Shown: positions 1-13,139 of the stretch, one piece after another
Layout of the letters: every line of letters begins with the position of its first letter
Numbering within the stretch: the first letter of the stretch is position 1
Assembly: GCF_036321535.1 (NCBI RefSeq)
Contig: NC_087437.1
Coordinates: 101,124,001 to 101,188,000 of the forward strand
DNA: 64,000 bases
DNA from: Camelus dromedarius
Lineage: Eukaryota
Reading direction: 5' to 3'
The notes under the pieces: generated by a model
What the model saw: the letters and a program-made list of their open reading frames with translations, nothing else
Told to the model about the DNA's origin: nothing
Databases searched by the model: none
Position numbers and translations under genes: made by a program

Positions 1-1414
1 TAGATGGACATGTAATTTATTGCCCAAAGGAGGATATTTTTTAGAATGAAAGAGGAAGCAAGATTAAAGCTAACTTAGGAAAATCAGTTATATACCAGTA
101 CTGACCCAAGCAAATAGGGACATATGGCATGTCTGGTAGCAAATGTTACAATCACGCCTAAGGCTAAACAATTGTGCAAAACAACTACCAAAACACTATA
201 CTTGAACATAAAAAGGTCTAGGCCCAGCTAATCAGTGTTCCTCTATCTCAAATACACTAGAAATGTTATTATAATAATTTCCTATTCATTCAGAATGGTA
301 AGTGAATAGGCTAATTTTCTACTCACATGGGGTCTAGAATTTAAGTGATAATCAGCTCTGTGGAAATAATTAGAGTACTGTAAAATGACTTAATAATAGA
401 CTTTTCAGATTATTGTATAAATAGCACTTTGAAAACAGAAATTATGTTAAATGATTAAAACTCCTAAAAGATTGTAGTTTTAAAGCTCTGATAATGTGAT
501 GTATATACATGAGGGAAATGTGGTAAAATAATTAAATTAGATTAAAGTACCATGGAGACTAGGAAAAATATGAGTCAATTTGTTGCCATGCTTCATTAAT
601 TTGCTGGTGTCCAAAAATCAACTGAAGATTAGCATAAAACAAAGCTACTTTCCTTAGCAATTCTATGGTTACTCTGTTTAAATGAGTATTTAAAAAATGA
701 TATTATCTGTCCTTATGATTAAGACTTTGAAGGAAATATAGGTTATAAAAGTAAGACATAAGAATCCCCAAAAAAGAACGTGCTTCTTAAACTTGGAACT
801 TTTCAAAGTAAGTAAGTAAATTGTAAAAAAATTTAAAACATCATTTTTATCTACCTCTGAGTTTTATCATCTTGGTAGATTCTCAGTTTCAAATCTGGAT
901 TACAAAAGAAAATAGAGTAGCTACTTACCAAAAACCAATATATAGATCATATAACATCACGCCAGATGATTAAAAAAAAAAAAAGTCAGCACTTTCTGAA
1001 TTAATTAACAGACATATTAGATTTTGAATAATTAAAACCTCCTAACAATAAACTATATGATTAGATCCACTGAGTGATTTTAATAAACAAAATATGCAAT
1101 AAGCATTTTCTTAGACTTATAAAATGTCACTTAATAGATTACACAAAGAGACTGTGAAGAATAATGTCATTTCACTAATTTCCTATCTTAAGTGTACAAT
1201 AAACCACATAATATGCACTAATGTACCCTTACATTGCATCCTGGTTTGTCTAGTGTACCCTCAAAACTCATGCTCACCTGGAATTTCAGAAAGTGACCCT
1301 CTTTGGAAATAGGGTATTTGCAGAGGTAATTAATTAGGCTCTGATGAGGTCATATGCTATTGCAGTGGGCCTTGAATCCAATGACCGGTGTCCTTACAAG
1401 AAGGCCATGTGAAG

Positions 1415-1443
<29 letters not shown>
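1415..1443. repeat. (CA)n microsatellite
   Basis: Directly visible. Confidence 0.95.
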
Positions 1444-1447
<4 letters not shown>

Positions 1448-1548
1448 AAAAGGCCCATGCAAAGATGGAGAAGAAGGTTGGAGTGATGCACGTACAAGTT
1501 AAAGAGTGTTCAGGATTGCCTGCCAGCCACCAAAAGCTAAGAGAGAGG

Positions 1549-1893
1549 TCTTAAATTAAACAAGAAGACCATTAGGCTGAGCTAGTTCTAAAGCCTTAGT
1601 GGCTGAAATAAGCAAACCAAAACCTAAGCCTATAAATGCCTCAAGGTTAAGAAATCAAAACTTAAAGACAACCAGCCACAAACTGCAACTATGCTTTCCC
1701 AAATAAGGCACCAGTTAAGCTATAGTCGGTCAATTTCCTTGTGTTGCCTTTGTGAATTCCCGATACAAAACTCTTGCCCCTAGCTCCTGTTGGTGGAGGG
1801 CTCCTAATTACTTCCGGTTTGGCACTGTCTGAAATAGACTCTTGCTCAAATAAACTTTTTGAAATTTAATAATCTTCAGTTTATCTTTTAACA
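1549..1893 (+). mobile_element. ERV1-class solo LTR (345 bp) nested in MLT1
   Basis: Termini tcttaaa...tttaaca (near-inverted, degenerate TG...CA), AATAAA near the 3' end (about 1849), and a 4-bp TSD gagg at 1545-1548 and 1894-1897. Confidence 0.8.
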
Positions 1894-2889
1894 GAGGCAT
1901 AGGACAGTTTGTCTCAAGAGACTTGGAAGGAACCAACCCGGCTGATAAGATTTCAGACTTCCAGGCTCCTGAACAGTGAGAGAATAAACTTCAGTTGTTT
2001 CAAGCCACCAAGTCTGTGGTAATTTGCTATGATGCCTCTAGGAAACTAGGGAAATTGTTTCTTCACAGTCAGGAAGCATTTATTTACTCCAGACATTGTA
2101 TTTGAAGCATAGGATTTTAGTAAATTCCAATTGATTTAGACAACATTTAATGAATCCCAAGCAAAGAAAAAAGAGGCAGACGTGTTCTTGTACTGAAGAT
2201 AATTATTGTTTCTTTCCACCCTAATAGGTCATTTAGAAGAAAGAAAAAATAAATCATAGTGCTCCATATGTAGTTCCTATAAAAGCCTTATTTTCTTAGG
2301 ATAAAAGTATAAAACAAGTTACTATTACAAGTTACAAGGGAATGAATATATTTTAGGTCTTCAATATCCTGCGTTTCTCTCCAGAAAAATCTATATTAAT
2401 ACTACAGATGACAATACACATTCTCCATCAACGCTATTACTGTAATTGTCTCACTTTGCCAATATTAACACTAATTTCATATCTCTTTAGAAACAAAACC
2501 ACATTTTATTTAATTTGACGTGTTAAATACTGAGGCATGTAACAGGCTGATTAGGCTTTTTTGTTTCTTCTATAATTAGTGGCATACCATATGCATATTT
2601 TTATATTGTAATTTTGGCGTTTTTCTTATTTATTAGTGTGAGCTCATTTTAAATAAAATATGATTACAATTTATGTTAGTAATGGTGGCAATATTTTATT
2701 GAATTTTAATTTAGTTTATGGTTCTTGACATAACCACTCAACGTTTCTTCTTGGAAAACTACTTGCCGCTTTAAATTTAACATGTTTGAAACTAAACTAT
2801 TGTTTCCCTTCAAAACTGAGTTATCTGAAGTTTTCCCATTTTCAGCTAATAGCAATTTCATCCTTTCGGGTGTTCAGGCCAAAAATCTT

Positions 2890-3800
2890 ACGTGGTACAA
2901 TAGAAAGTATGTTTGATATTATCCCCAGTTCCTGGCGCAGAGTTCCTAAAATCCTTGGAATTTTCTGAGTGATAGGCATGTCTTTTGTTTTTATAAAGAA
3001 TGCCTTTCAATATATTCAATATCTTGTAGTAACCTACAATGAAAAAAAGAGAACAAATATATACATATATATGTATGACAGAAACATTATGTTGTACACC
3101 AGAAATTGACATAACATTGTAAACTGACTGTACTACAATTTAAAAAAAAGAATGCCTTTCTATTAATTATACCTGAGTTAATGCTAATGAGGCGACAGGC
3201 TGATGTCTAGATACCTTCAGGACAGGGACGGTCACCAGTAAAATCAACCAGGTGATTAAAGCTACTTTCAGCCCTGGCCACAATCTTTTAGGAGGGACAA
3301 GGGGCTGGAAAATGAATTCAATCACTGATGGCCAATGCCTACTTAATCAAATCTCCATAGAACAGCCCAGGCTAAGCTTTGAGAGGCTCCAGGTGGTGAG
3401 CACAGTCAAGTTCTGGAGGGTGGCATGCTGGTAGAGGGCTCAGAGGCTCCACATACCCTCCTTCCAGGCCCTGCCCCATTCCCTCTTCTACTAGGCTGTT
3501 CCTGAGCTGTATCCTTTATAATAAACAGATACTCATTAGTGAAGTGTTTCCCTGAGCTTTGTGAACTTTCTATTGAATTATCAAACCTGAGGAGGGAGCT
3601 GTGGGAACCCCTGACTTATAGCCAGCTGGTCAGATATGGGGACTGGTCCTGGGACTTGTGACAGGCATGTGACGTGGGGTCAGTCCTGTGAAAGTGGGCC
3701 CTTAACTTGTGAAGTTTGCACTAATCAAATTGAATTACTGGATATGCAGTTGATGTCGAAGAACTGTTATTATAAAAGGCATCACACATTTGATATCAGA
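2890..3800 (+). mobile_element. MER21-like LTR, interrupted by a short L1 3' end
   Basis: tccccagttcctggcgcagagttcctaaaatccttggaattttctgagtgatagg, tacctgagttaatgctaatgagg and gtgggaacccctgacttatagccagctggtcaga resemble the MER21 consensus. Confidence 0.82.
3009..3146 (+). mobile_element. Highly 5'-truncated L1 3' end (cetartiodactyl type)
   Basis: tgttgtacaccagaaattgacataacattgtaaactgact plus an A tail; 14-bp TSD aaagaatgcctttc at 2995-3008 and 3147-3160. Confidence 0.88.
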
Positions 3801-3832
3801 AAGAACTTGAAATCTATCATTTTCAACTTTTG

Positions 3833-4168
3833 TTTTCTTAGTGTGTTGGGCTGCTGTAACAAAAATACCACAGACTGGGTGACGTAAAATAAACATTTAT
3901 TTCTCGTGGTTTTAGAGGCTAGGAAGTCCAAGATCAAGGCCACTGCAAATTCTGTGTCTGTTGGGGGCCCATTTCTTGGTTCATAGACGACCCTCTTCTC
4001 ACAATGTCCTTACAGGGCAGACAGGGAAGGGAGCTCCCCAGGGTCTCTTTAATAAGGACACTAATAAGGTGACTTCCTCTCATGACCAAATTACCTTCCA
4101 AAGGCCCATCATTACACTGGGGGTTGGGATTTCAACATATGAATCTTAGACACAAACATTCTATCTAC
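3833..4168 (-). mobile_element. MaLR LTR (MLT1A-like)
   Basis: gggctgctgtaacaaaataccacagactggg...ggaagtccaagatcaagg...gggatttcaacatatgaa. Confidence 0.88.
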
Positions 4169-4830
4169 AACATCCATATTTCCCTTAAAATCTACATCCA
4201 TTGGATAAGAAATTTTTGGTCTCCACACCTAAAAATTACCCAAAATCTAGTCACTTCTACACATCTCCCTCTCTATTTTCTTCATCATGTTAACCAGCAC
4301 AATTTTAAAGTCATCTTTAATAGCTCCTACGTGTAAATCATCTGTGGGTCTGTTTCCAGGGTGTAAGTTTTCTTTGTCTTCTTTCTTCCTATGCTTGGAA
4401 ATAATGGTTTATATGGCTAACAGTATGTAAGGCAAATTACAGAGGAAGTGGATAACATCATCTCCCACCAGAGAGAGCTCACTTTACTCTGTGTGAGCAG
4501 AAAAAAATTGATACGTCACTTTTTTATGATCTGAGCCAGAGCTGATTTAAGCCTGGGTTATTGTTTTGGTTGAGCTTTTCCCATCTAGTTGGTAACAGAT
4601 CCTAGGGTATGGTCCTCTGAGATTCCTAATTGAGATCCTGGAAGGTATGAAGTCCAGTACTGCTTCCTTCACACCATGAGGCTCCTGCTATATTTACTCC
4701 ACCCATCACCAAATTCCTGCTGTGCTTCCCTTTTGTGTATCCTTGCAGTTCAAAAATTGGACCCAATGCATTGAGGGAAAAGCCAGCACAGCACTGGGCT
4801 GAAATTTCTGTTTTCCCTCTCTTTGCAATC

Positions 4831-5205
4831 TGTATTAGTTCCTAGGGCTGCCATAACAAAGGACCACAGGCTGGGCCTGGGTGGCTTCATCCACAGCAAT
4901 GTGTTTCCTCACCGTTCTGGAGGCCAGAAGCCCAGGATCTAAGTGCTGGAGGAATTAGTCTTTTTCTGAGGCCTCTTTCCTAGGCCTGTAAGTGGCTGAC
5001 TTCTTTTCCTTGTCTTCACATGGTCTTCCCTTTGTCTGTGACCTCATCTCCTCTTCCTATAAGGACACCAGTCATATGGGAGTAGGGCCCACTGAGATAC
5101 CTTATTTTACCTTAAATACCTGTCGTAGGGTTCTATCTCCAAACAGTCATACCCTGAGGGTTAAGATTTCAATGTATTAATATTGGCGGAACACAATTCA
5201 CCCTC
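4831..5205 (-). mobile_element. MaLR LTR (MLT1B/C-like), apparently inserted in an old L1M 5' region (about 4300-5350)
   Basis: tgtattagttcctagggctgccataacaaa...ttctggaggccagaag...ctcttcctataaggacaccagtcat. Confidence 0.85.
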
Positions 5206-5507
5206 CTGAAATCCTGGCTGCTTCCACAGCTCTGAATTGCAATTTTTCTCATCTAAGTCCCATGAAATTGCCGATTTTCTGGTGGGTTTTCTGTCACTTC
5301 ATAGTAGCTTTATGTTCAGGCCCTCTGTTTGAATTTTTGACTTCTACCCTGTCTCTGGGAAGAATAGGAAACACTCTTGAGGAGAAAGTATGAGCAGAAT
5401 ATCTGCTTATCCCACCATAGTTCCTTCTTTATGGGATCCTGGCCCTTCACATCCCGTTTGGCTAATTGGTGCCCTAATGTGCATTTGCTTGTGTACATGC
5501 GCGCACA

Positions 5508-5509
<2 letters not shown>

Positions 5510-5559
<50 letters not shown>
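5510..5559. repeat. (CA)n microsatellite
   Basis: Directly visible; it explains the HT/CV-repeat ORFs. Confidence 0.95.
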
Positions 5560-5560
<1 letters not shown>

Positions 5561-7351
5561 CCCTACTCCTACATATCTCAAATCTGGCCTCTGGATTTTC
5601 CCTGGTAGGAATGCTGATATGCTTTGAGACTCTGTAAAGTCTAGAAAACAATACTACACAAAATAATTGGGGAATAGACACACTAGAGTGGATAATTTTG
5701 GGAAGAAAGAGAGGAGGTTGTATATAGGTATGTGATTCACTTGGTTCTTGTATCAAGGAATGATGTGAACTGATAATGGTAGTGTACCACTAACACTTTT
5801 TTATATAATAAATATAAAGATGGTTAGGTACATAATATAAAGATCTAAAATAAAATAGGGATGCACGGAGAAAAAAAGTGATCATCACGTATAATCTTTC
5901 CTGTTAATCTTTTGGAGTATAAATATACGAAAATAAAGTTTCTCTTACATTTGGTTTCACGTTAAAGATGATATTTGTAAATTCCATTTTTCACTTTAAA
6001 TCTTGAGCGCTTTTGAAAGTCAGTATTCACAGAGCCTTTTTGTCTTGACTAAAGTTACTCTGTGTGAATACATAGCACTTTTGAAAAACCAATCTCCACT
6101 TCATGAATACAGTAGCAGAGTGGCTGGTTTTAGCACTTCTACTAACAGAAAGACAGACATGCACACACAAAGCTGGATTTTGTTCTCCTTTCTCCTCATC
6201 ATGAATATAAACCTAGGCTTTTGCCCTGATATAAGAGCTTCTATAACAAAGGAACTATCTGAATGGCCATCATCAGAAAGGGGAAATATTTTATTTAACA
6301 GTCACAATGTTCCAGTGGAAAGAGTTTGGGATTTATTTTTCTTTTCAGTCAGTTTGTGCATAGGTGATGCTGACAAGATAAATTATCTGAGTCTCTAAGC
6401 CGTGGAGGCAAATCCAAATTGTGTGAATTTAGTCAAAATAAATAAATGAGAAGACATCAAAAAAAAAAAAAAAAAAAGAGAGAGAAATATGAAAACAGAG
6501 AATTCTTTCTTTGGGAAAAAGTATTATAATATGATCACTCTTCACTCTGTCCTGAATTCAAATGTCTTCTATTCTGTGCAAGCTCTGGGAATGGTTAGCT
6601 TTACAACTCTTTTTTCCTTATTTTGTTAGATTTGTGCAGTTCCCCTGTACCTGAGGACCAGCGATCACCTGCTGGCAGAAGGCTGCAGTAACACCGGGGT
6701 CTCCTCACTGGTTTTCCTTCCTAGGAATCCCAGCCTCACGCTGCTGGTGTACAAGGTCAGAGGCCAGTTGTGTCACATATTTTGCAGTTTTCTTGTTCAC
6801 ATTATTTCTAATCCTTGTTACTCCATCATGGCCGTTAGTGAAAACCCATAATTAAATTTTTGTTCATTTAGAATTTATTTTGGTACAAGCTGAAGATGAT
6901 GATCTTAAGATCAATTTATAGATGGATTTTGGATTACTGACAGTTGCCATTCATCTCACTTGATGCTTCTCTTTGTTTATTCAAGATTTAATTTCGTTCT
7001 TTTATTTTAGTCCCTTATATAAAGCATCTCTATTCTTAAGCAAATGTCTGGATATTTTAATTTTATGGATATTTTAATCTTTTTGATTAATCACAATAAT
7101 TACTCAGTATCTTATAAAGACAATATCTTTATTTTTCCCACTTAATAATTTAACATGTAAGAACTGATGTTGAATTCTTAAAAAATGCCTTACATTTTTC
7201 TTCTTGAGGTGTTTTATCTATTTGATTTTTTTCTTTTAGATTAGCATGATAAACTACAGAAGTAGTTTTCCAATATTAAACTATATTTTTATTTCTAGAA
7301 AAAAATCATCTTTGTTAAGGATAACGTTATCTACAACACTAAAGATAAATC

Positions 7352-7500
7352 TTTTTTAATTTTATTTTTTATTGAAGTGTAGTTGATTTACAATGCTAGT
7401 TTCAGTTGTATAGCAAAGAGATTCAGTTATATGTATTCATAAATATATATTTTTTATTTTCAGATCATTTTGCATTATATATTATTACAATATATTTGAA
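7352..7500 (-). mobile_element. Short L1 3' end
   Basis: T-rich tail, then attgaagtgtagttgatttacaatg...tttcagttgtatagcaaag..attcagttata; degenerate TSD (13/15) at 7341-7355 and 7500-7514. Confidence 0.8.
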
Positions 7501-9009
7501 AAAATATATCTTTTAATAAATTAGGAGTTTGGGATTAATAGGTACATTTAAAAATATATTGTGTGACATTTACTCATTTGTATTCATTGAAGCTATCTGG
7601 TCTGTACTATTATAAGGTTTTGGAGGTATGATTTTGATAACCTAATAAAATGACCTGGGAAATTTTCCAAACTGTTGTTTATGTTCTTAACATAGTTTGC
7701 AAATTTATTTTGGGGTGATTTTTCTGATAGAAAATGTAAAACAAAATGAAACAAAATATTGATTGCATAACTTTTGTGGCAGTTATTCTTGAACATCTTT
7801 GCAATGTTTGTAATGGTACAGTTCCCTCAATTTTTTTTCTTCTTTTCAAGGTGATTTTGCTATGCTATCTTAGTATATTGTTTTTCTAATAAACATTTTT
7901 CTTTTTATGACTTTTGTATTTTCTCTTGTTTGAATTTAATAGTGGTTTGTGTAATATTTTGTTCCTAAAGAGCTCTTCATTGTGCTTTTTTTCTCTAATT
8001 CATGTATTTTGACTTATATCTTCGTAAGTTCTTTCTTGCTAGTCATTTTATTATATCCATATTTCCTGAGGTAAAGTTTATATTTAAACTTAAGATTATT
8101 TTTGTTTTTAATATACTTTAATGTTTAAAATTGCACAAGAACAGTGTTCTTTTTCTTTTTTCAGGTTATGTGCACTTTAATCCTATTTTAGGCAACCTAA
8201 TTAGAAACAAATTGATAATCATTACGTTGAAAAGTAAAATTTTTAAAAAGGCATGCCAATTCTCTTCTTTTTCCAATGTTAGAAGTTTCCTTTCCCCCAG
8301 CAGTAGAATTTAGTGATATTTCATCTTGTAAAATAACACTGGCTCCTTGAGTATGAATAAATTTAATTCCTTGTTTCTATGTAATTCTATAACAAGTTTA
8401 CTAATGAAGGGGAAAAAAAAACTCTAGAAATTAACGTTTTCTTTTAGCTAATGGGTAACATAAAGGCTCCCTACATATCAGTGGATAATAAAAGTTTCCC
8501 ATGTCAGATGAGAGTATAAAGGTTTTCCATATATCAGTACAGTGGCATGATTACATAAGAATAGAATTGACCTGTTGCAAATTTTGCATAATATGTGTTT
8601 TTATAAACTACTGTGAAAGGGCATATCAATGGGGTCATCAGACATTTTTTACAATGCGTTAAATTCCTGTAAAGTAATTATCTTAACAGAGAAAAGCAAA
8701 AGAGAACCAGCTGCCACAATTACTGCAGAGTGCCAAGAAGTTATTGAAACCACCAAAGGAGACTAACACTGATTCAGGAAGGAAATAATAAAAGGTGTCC
8801 CCGGATCTCATGCAATATTGCACAGACAATAACCTGTAGCACACACTTTCTAAATTTAGCAGTCTAGAACACAGACAACACCACCAAAAAGAAAACAAAA
8901 TAAATATGGTAGCACATAAACTGGAGGTCTTAACTGATGAGTGATGTGGGTAAAATTAAAAGTCATTATATACAATTGTCATTATGCTTCAGCAGTTCTT
9001 AAGAGGAGA

Positions 9010-9377
9010 GTCATCAAATGGGACTACGTCAAACTAAAAAGCTTTGCACAGCAAAGGAAATCATCAACAGAAAGGAAGGACAACTTAAAATATTTACACA
9101 TCATATATCTGACAAGTGGTTAATATCCAAAATACATAAAGAACTCATACAACCCAATAGCAACAACAACAACAAAAAAAACCAAAAAAAAAAACCCCAA
9201 AAAACCTCCACAAAAAAACACCTGACAACCCATTTAAAAAATGGGCAGAGAGAAATGAATAGAAATTCTTTTCCAAAGAAGACATACAAATGGCCAAAAG
9301 ATACATGAAAAGGTGCTCAAGATCACTAATCATCAGGGAAATGTATATCAAAACCAAAATGAGGTATCACCTCACAT
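9010..9377 (+). mobile_element. L1 ORF2 fragment (decayed)
   Basis: Translates across frames to WDYVKLKSF, CTAKEII and HISDKWLISKIHKEL, all L1 ORF2p motifs; followed by tcactaatcatcagggaaatg. Confidence 0.88.
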
Positions 9378-10184
9378 AGATAATTTGAGTGTATATTAAA
9401 GTAGTTTTTAGAGTTTTTTTGCAGAAAAATGATGATTGTGGCTTGGCAAGTAAATTATTGTCTAGGTAAAATTTTTAGACTATACCATACAAACTAAATC
9501 TACAAATTCTTTTATCCTCAGTTCAGTATTTTTACACTTTTTAAAAAGAAACAGATTATACTGATATACATTTATCTAGATTAAAAATCAGATTTTTTAC
9601 TTTTGTATCTCTGGAGTTGGTAAAATCATTCCAAGCTAATCAGGAAAAATGTGTTCCTTCTCAAGTGTAATTCCTTCCTCACTCATGTTCAGTTTTTAAA
9701 TTTCTTTTTTTTTTTTAAATTAGGATAATTTATTATATATTATTATCAAAATAAGGATATATGTGTATCTATATATTATTATAAACATTAAGATAAAATT
9801 ACAGCAATAATAACGTTAAAACCTAACAAGCTAAAACACCAGCTTTGCCTTTATAAATAAAGAAGACTGTATTCTACATATGATTGTGACTGTACTTAAC
9901 TGTCCTTTAAAGCATGAAGAACTTTTATTACGATCAGATATTTATCATTATATAAGGAAAAAACAAATTCTTCATACAGAACATACAGAACAACTGGTTT
10001 TAAATGGTCAATTAAAACTAAAATGTATTCTGATAATGGCATTTGTCAGTTTTTTGTGTCTTCTTCAAAGTAAAAATCGATCATTTAGTAATAACATGAA
10101 ATACAGATATGTATGTAATTTCAAATATTTTAGCTTATAATACTCTTTTAAATGTATTTGCTTTTTAGTTGATTTTTTAACAGT

Positions 10185-10505
10185 TTTTTTTAACATTTTT
10201 TATTGATTTTTAATCATTTTACAATGTTGTGTCAAATTCCAGTGTTCAGCACAATTTTTCAGTTATTCATGGACATATACACACTCATTGTCACATTTTT
10301 TTCTCTGTGAGTTATCATAACATTTTGTGTATATTTCCCTGTGCTATACAGAGTAGTCTATTCTACAATTTTGAAATCCCAGTCTATCCCTTCCCACCCT
10401 CCACCCCCCTGGTAACCACAAGTCTGTATTCTCTGTCTGTGAGTCTATTTCTGTCCTTTATTTACGCTTTGTTTTTGTTTGTTTGTTTGTTTTTGTTTTT
10501 TAGAT
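10185..10505 (-). mobile_element. Young camelid-type L1 3' UTR fragment
   Basis: Highly similar to 53350-53690 in this window (taatcattttaca.tgttgtgtcaaattccagtgt..agcacaatttttcagttat). Confidence 0.9.
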
Positions 10506-10711
10506 ATTAGCTCCATATTGCCATTTTATGAGATTTTTAACACATAAAACTGTTCACTGGGAGCTGGTGAACTCATAACAAATAGTCACTAGCAAAAAAT
10601 AGCTATCACACTGAAATGACGTTAAACTCTTATTGGCTCACCTGAAGATAGCTAGAGTTAAGTCACAGGTTCTCACGAATAATTTTCAAATAGAGTTTGT
10701 TAATAAGTGTT

Positions 10712-11305
10712 TGTTGTTTTAGTTACTGTTGCTGTGTATCAGAATATCCTAAAACTTAGTGACTTAAAAGAACAATTATTTCATAATCCATTCCAAGGTC
10801 AACAATTCAGAGAAAGTGCAGTGGAGATGATTGTCTGCTCCACAATGACTAGAGCTTTAGTTAAGACTTTGAGCCGAGGTGTGCTCAACTGCTTGGAGCT
10901 AGAATGATCTGAAGGGTATTCACTCACATGCCTAGAGGGTATTGCTGGCTTTCAGCCTAGATCTCAGCCAGACTGTCAGTGTAAACACCTATCCATGACC
11001 TCTCCATGTGACCCAGCCTTTCTCCTAGCATGGTGGTCTTACGGCCATTAGATTTTCTACATGATAGTTCATGGCTTCAGTGTTAGTGTTCTGGTGAACT
11101 ATGCAGAAGCTTCATCTCTTTTGTAACTGGAAGACACTGACGGCCACTTCTGCCACTGACTCTCTTGGTCACAAGCAAGTCACACACATGATGTAAGGAA
11201 AGGAATTAGCAATATCTATTACGTGCTACGGTAATGGCCTCAGTCATCCTGTTGAATGGGAAGTATTGCTATGGTGATCTTTCGACAACACAATCTGCCT
11301 GCCAC
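10712..11305 (-). mobile_element. Old MaLR LTR (MLT1F/H-like)
   Basis: ttagttactgttgctgtgta...aaaacttagtgacttaaaa...ttcactcacatgcct...acctctccatgtg...agcatggtgg. Confidence 0.75.
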
Positions 11306-11369
11306 TCATTGTTTCATTGCTTAGAGTAAAACTAAATTATAAATTAAACCATTTGTGGATACATGTATG

Positions 11370-11705
11370 CAGTCGCTCCTCCATATCCTCTGCTTCTGTA
11401 GCCACAGATTCAACCATGGGCTGAAAATATTTGCAAAATAAATTCCAGAAAGTTCCAAAAAGCAAAACTTGAATTTGCCTTGCCCTGGCAATTATTTACA
11501 TAGCATTTACATTGTATTAACAACTACTTGTATAACATTTACATTGTATTAGATATTATAAGTAATCTAGAAATGATTTAAAGTATATGGAAGAATGTAC
11601 ATGGTTGTATGCCATTTTATACAAAGGAGTGGAGCATCCGCAGATTTTGGTGTTCCCTGGGGTCCTGGAACAATTTAATCCCCCAAAGATATCAAGGGAC
11701 AACTG
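11370..11705 (-). mobile_element. MER2/MER2B-like TcMar-Tigger non-autonomous DNA transposon, near full length
   Basis: TIRs cagtcg...caactg followed by TA; body ataagtaatctagaaatgatttaaagtata...gagcatccgcagattttgg. Confidence 0.85.
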
Positions 11706-12490
11706 TATGTATATATACAGATATATATATAATCCCTTGTCTGCTTTGTTATATACAGGAGGTTTTAATGTGTGCAAATTCTTTGTAGTTTGGCTATTAC
11801 ATATCTTTCCTATGCTTGTCTATATAATCCTGTTGCCTTTGGTTCTCCTAAAATCCTACGCTACTTATGTTCCCTGAGGATATCGGGCAGCAGGGTTTCT
11901 GGATGAAAGTAACTGATCTGCTAATACACTGGCACCTCAAACACAAGAGAACATGTATTAAAGTGTTGAGATTTATAAATGTGACTTTTGAAGTGACAAT
12001 TGATATTTCTTATCAGAAATGATAGACATAGCTACCTTATTCTCTGAAGCATACACTTTACAATGTAAACCTAGGCTTTGGAATACATACTTAAAAGTTA
12101 TGCCAATAATTTCCAAGACTCTATGAACAAAGAGATACTGTATATTATCAATCACTATGAAATCTATTTCACAATTGCTTGTGTCTAGTATCATGTATTA
12201 GTGTTATATCAGAATCTATATTGAGTTCAAATTTCAACATGCAATTATGTATGATTTAAATACATTGCAATAGAAAAAAATAAGCATTTAAAACTAAGTA
12301 ATAAGCAAGAGTGTATACCTTGATTTAAAAACCAGGTAATAAACGAGAGTCTATATGTTGATTAAAAGTTGCCTTCCATATTTAACATAACTATTAATAT
12401 CAACCTTGAAGATAATGGAATTAAAGTAAAGCATTGTGTCTGCTATATTCTGCTCAATATTATGCCAGGGGATGGTATAGAGTTTTAACT

Positions 12491-12820
12491 TGATGACCTA
12501 AAATAAGTAGACTGCCATACATTTCTCCAGCAGAGATGGGTTTATTTGGGATTAACAGAGAATTGCCATTCAGGGTCTGCAACTGTGACAGCCAAGTGCA
12601 AGTCCCTGCACAGCAAGGGAAAGAGAACACATAAAGAGGGAAAGGAAGTTGGTAGAGAGATAGTCCATGGCTTTACATTAGCTGAGTCCTTGTCAGAAAG
12701 GACAGAAGAGGAGACTTTCTCCCTCCTGTTGGGCTCTACTGTGGTCGATAGGCATAAGCGCTCAGCCTTTCTGTCTTCCAACTCTATTTAATGGAGGCTT
12801 CTGTTTATCAATATTTTACA
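12491..12820 (-). mobile_element. ERV solo LTR (probably ERV1)
   Basis: TG...CA bounded 330-bp segment with an antisense polyA signal (tttatt at about 12541); no TSD resolved. Confidence 0.6.
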
Positions 12821-13139
12821 GGAAAAGTAAGCATTCTATTTCTTGGTATTTGCTCTGTGAAGTCAGGTCTTTACTTTTTAACTTCTGCACCTGTCCTTCT
12901 TAGACTAAGCATCAATCTTTTTGTCTTCCTAACTATATTTTCCTCTCCCACGATTGTTTTATTTTTAACTTTTTTGTGTTTAGAAAAATGGACTTTAACA
13001 CAACCAAATGAACTTTATTTAATAATCATATATTCAGAACACTGCAAAAATAAGTACTATGCAAGAAATTAGTAAGAGAGAAAACATCCAAGTAAATTCC
13101 AAATAGATCAGAAATGCAAGATTTCTAACATTCCTAAGT

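Larger units (their letters stand above)
1238..2049 (+). mobile_element. MaLR LTR (MLT1B/C-like), interrupted by an ERV1 solo LTR at 1549-1893
   Basis: Typical MLT1 blocks: tttggaaatagggtatttgcagaggtaatta, aatccaatgaccggtgtcctta, and after the insert ggaaggaaccaaccc...gagagaataaacttcagttgtttcaagccacc...ggaaacta. Confidence 0.88.

Noticed and set aside
5316..5756. ORFs with CV/HT dipeptide runs
   Set aside because: Artefact of the (CA)n microsatellite.
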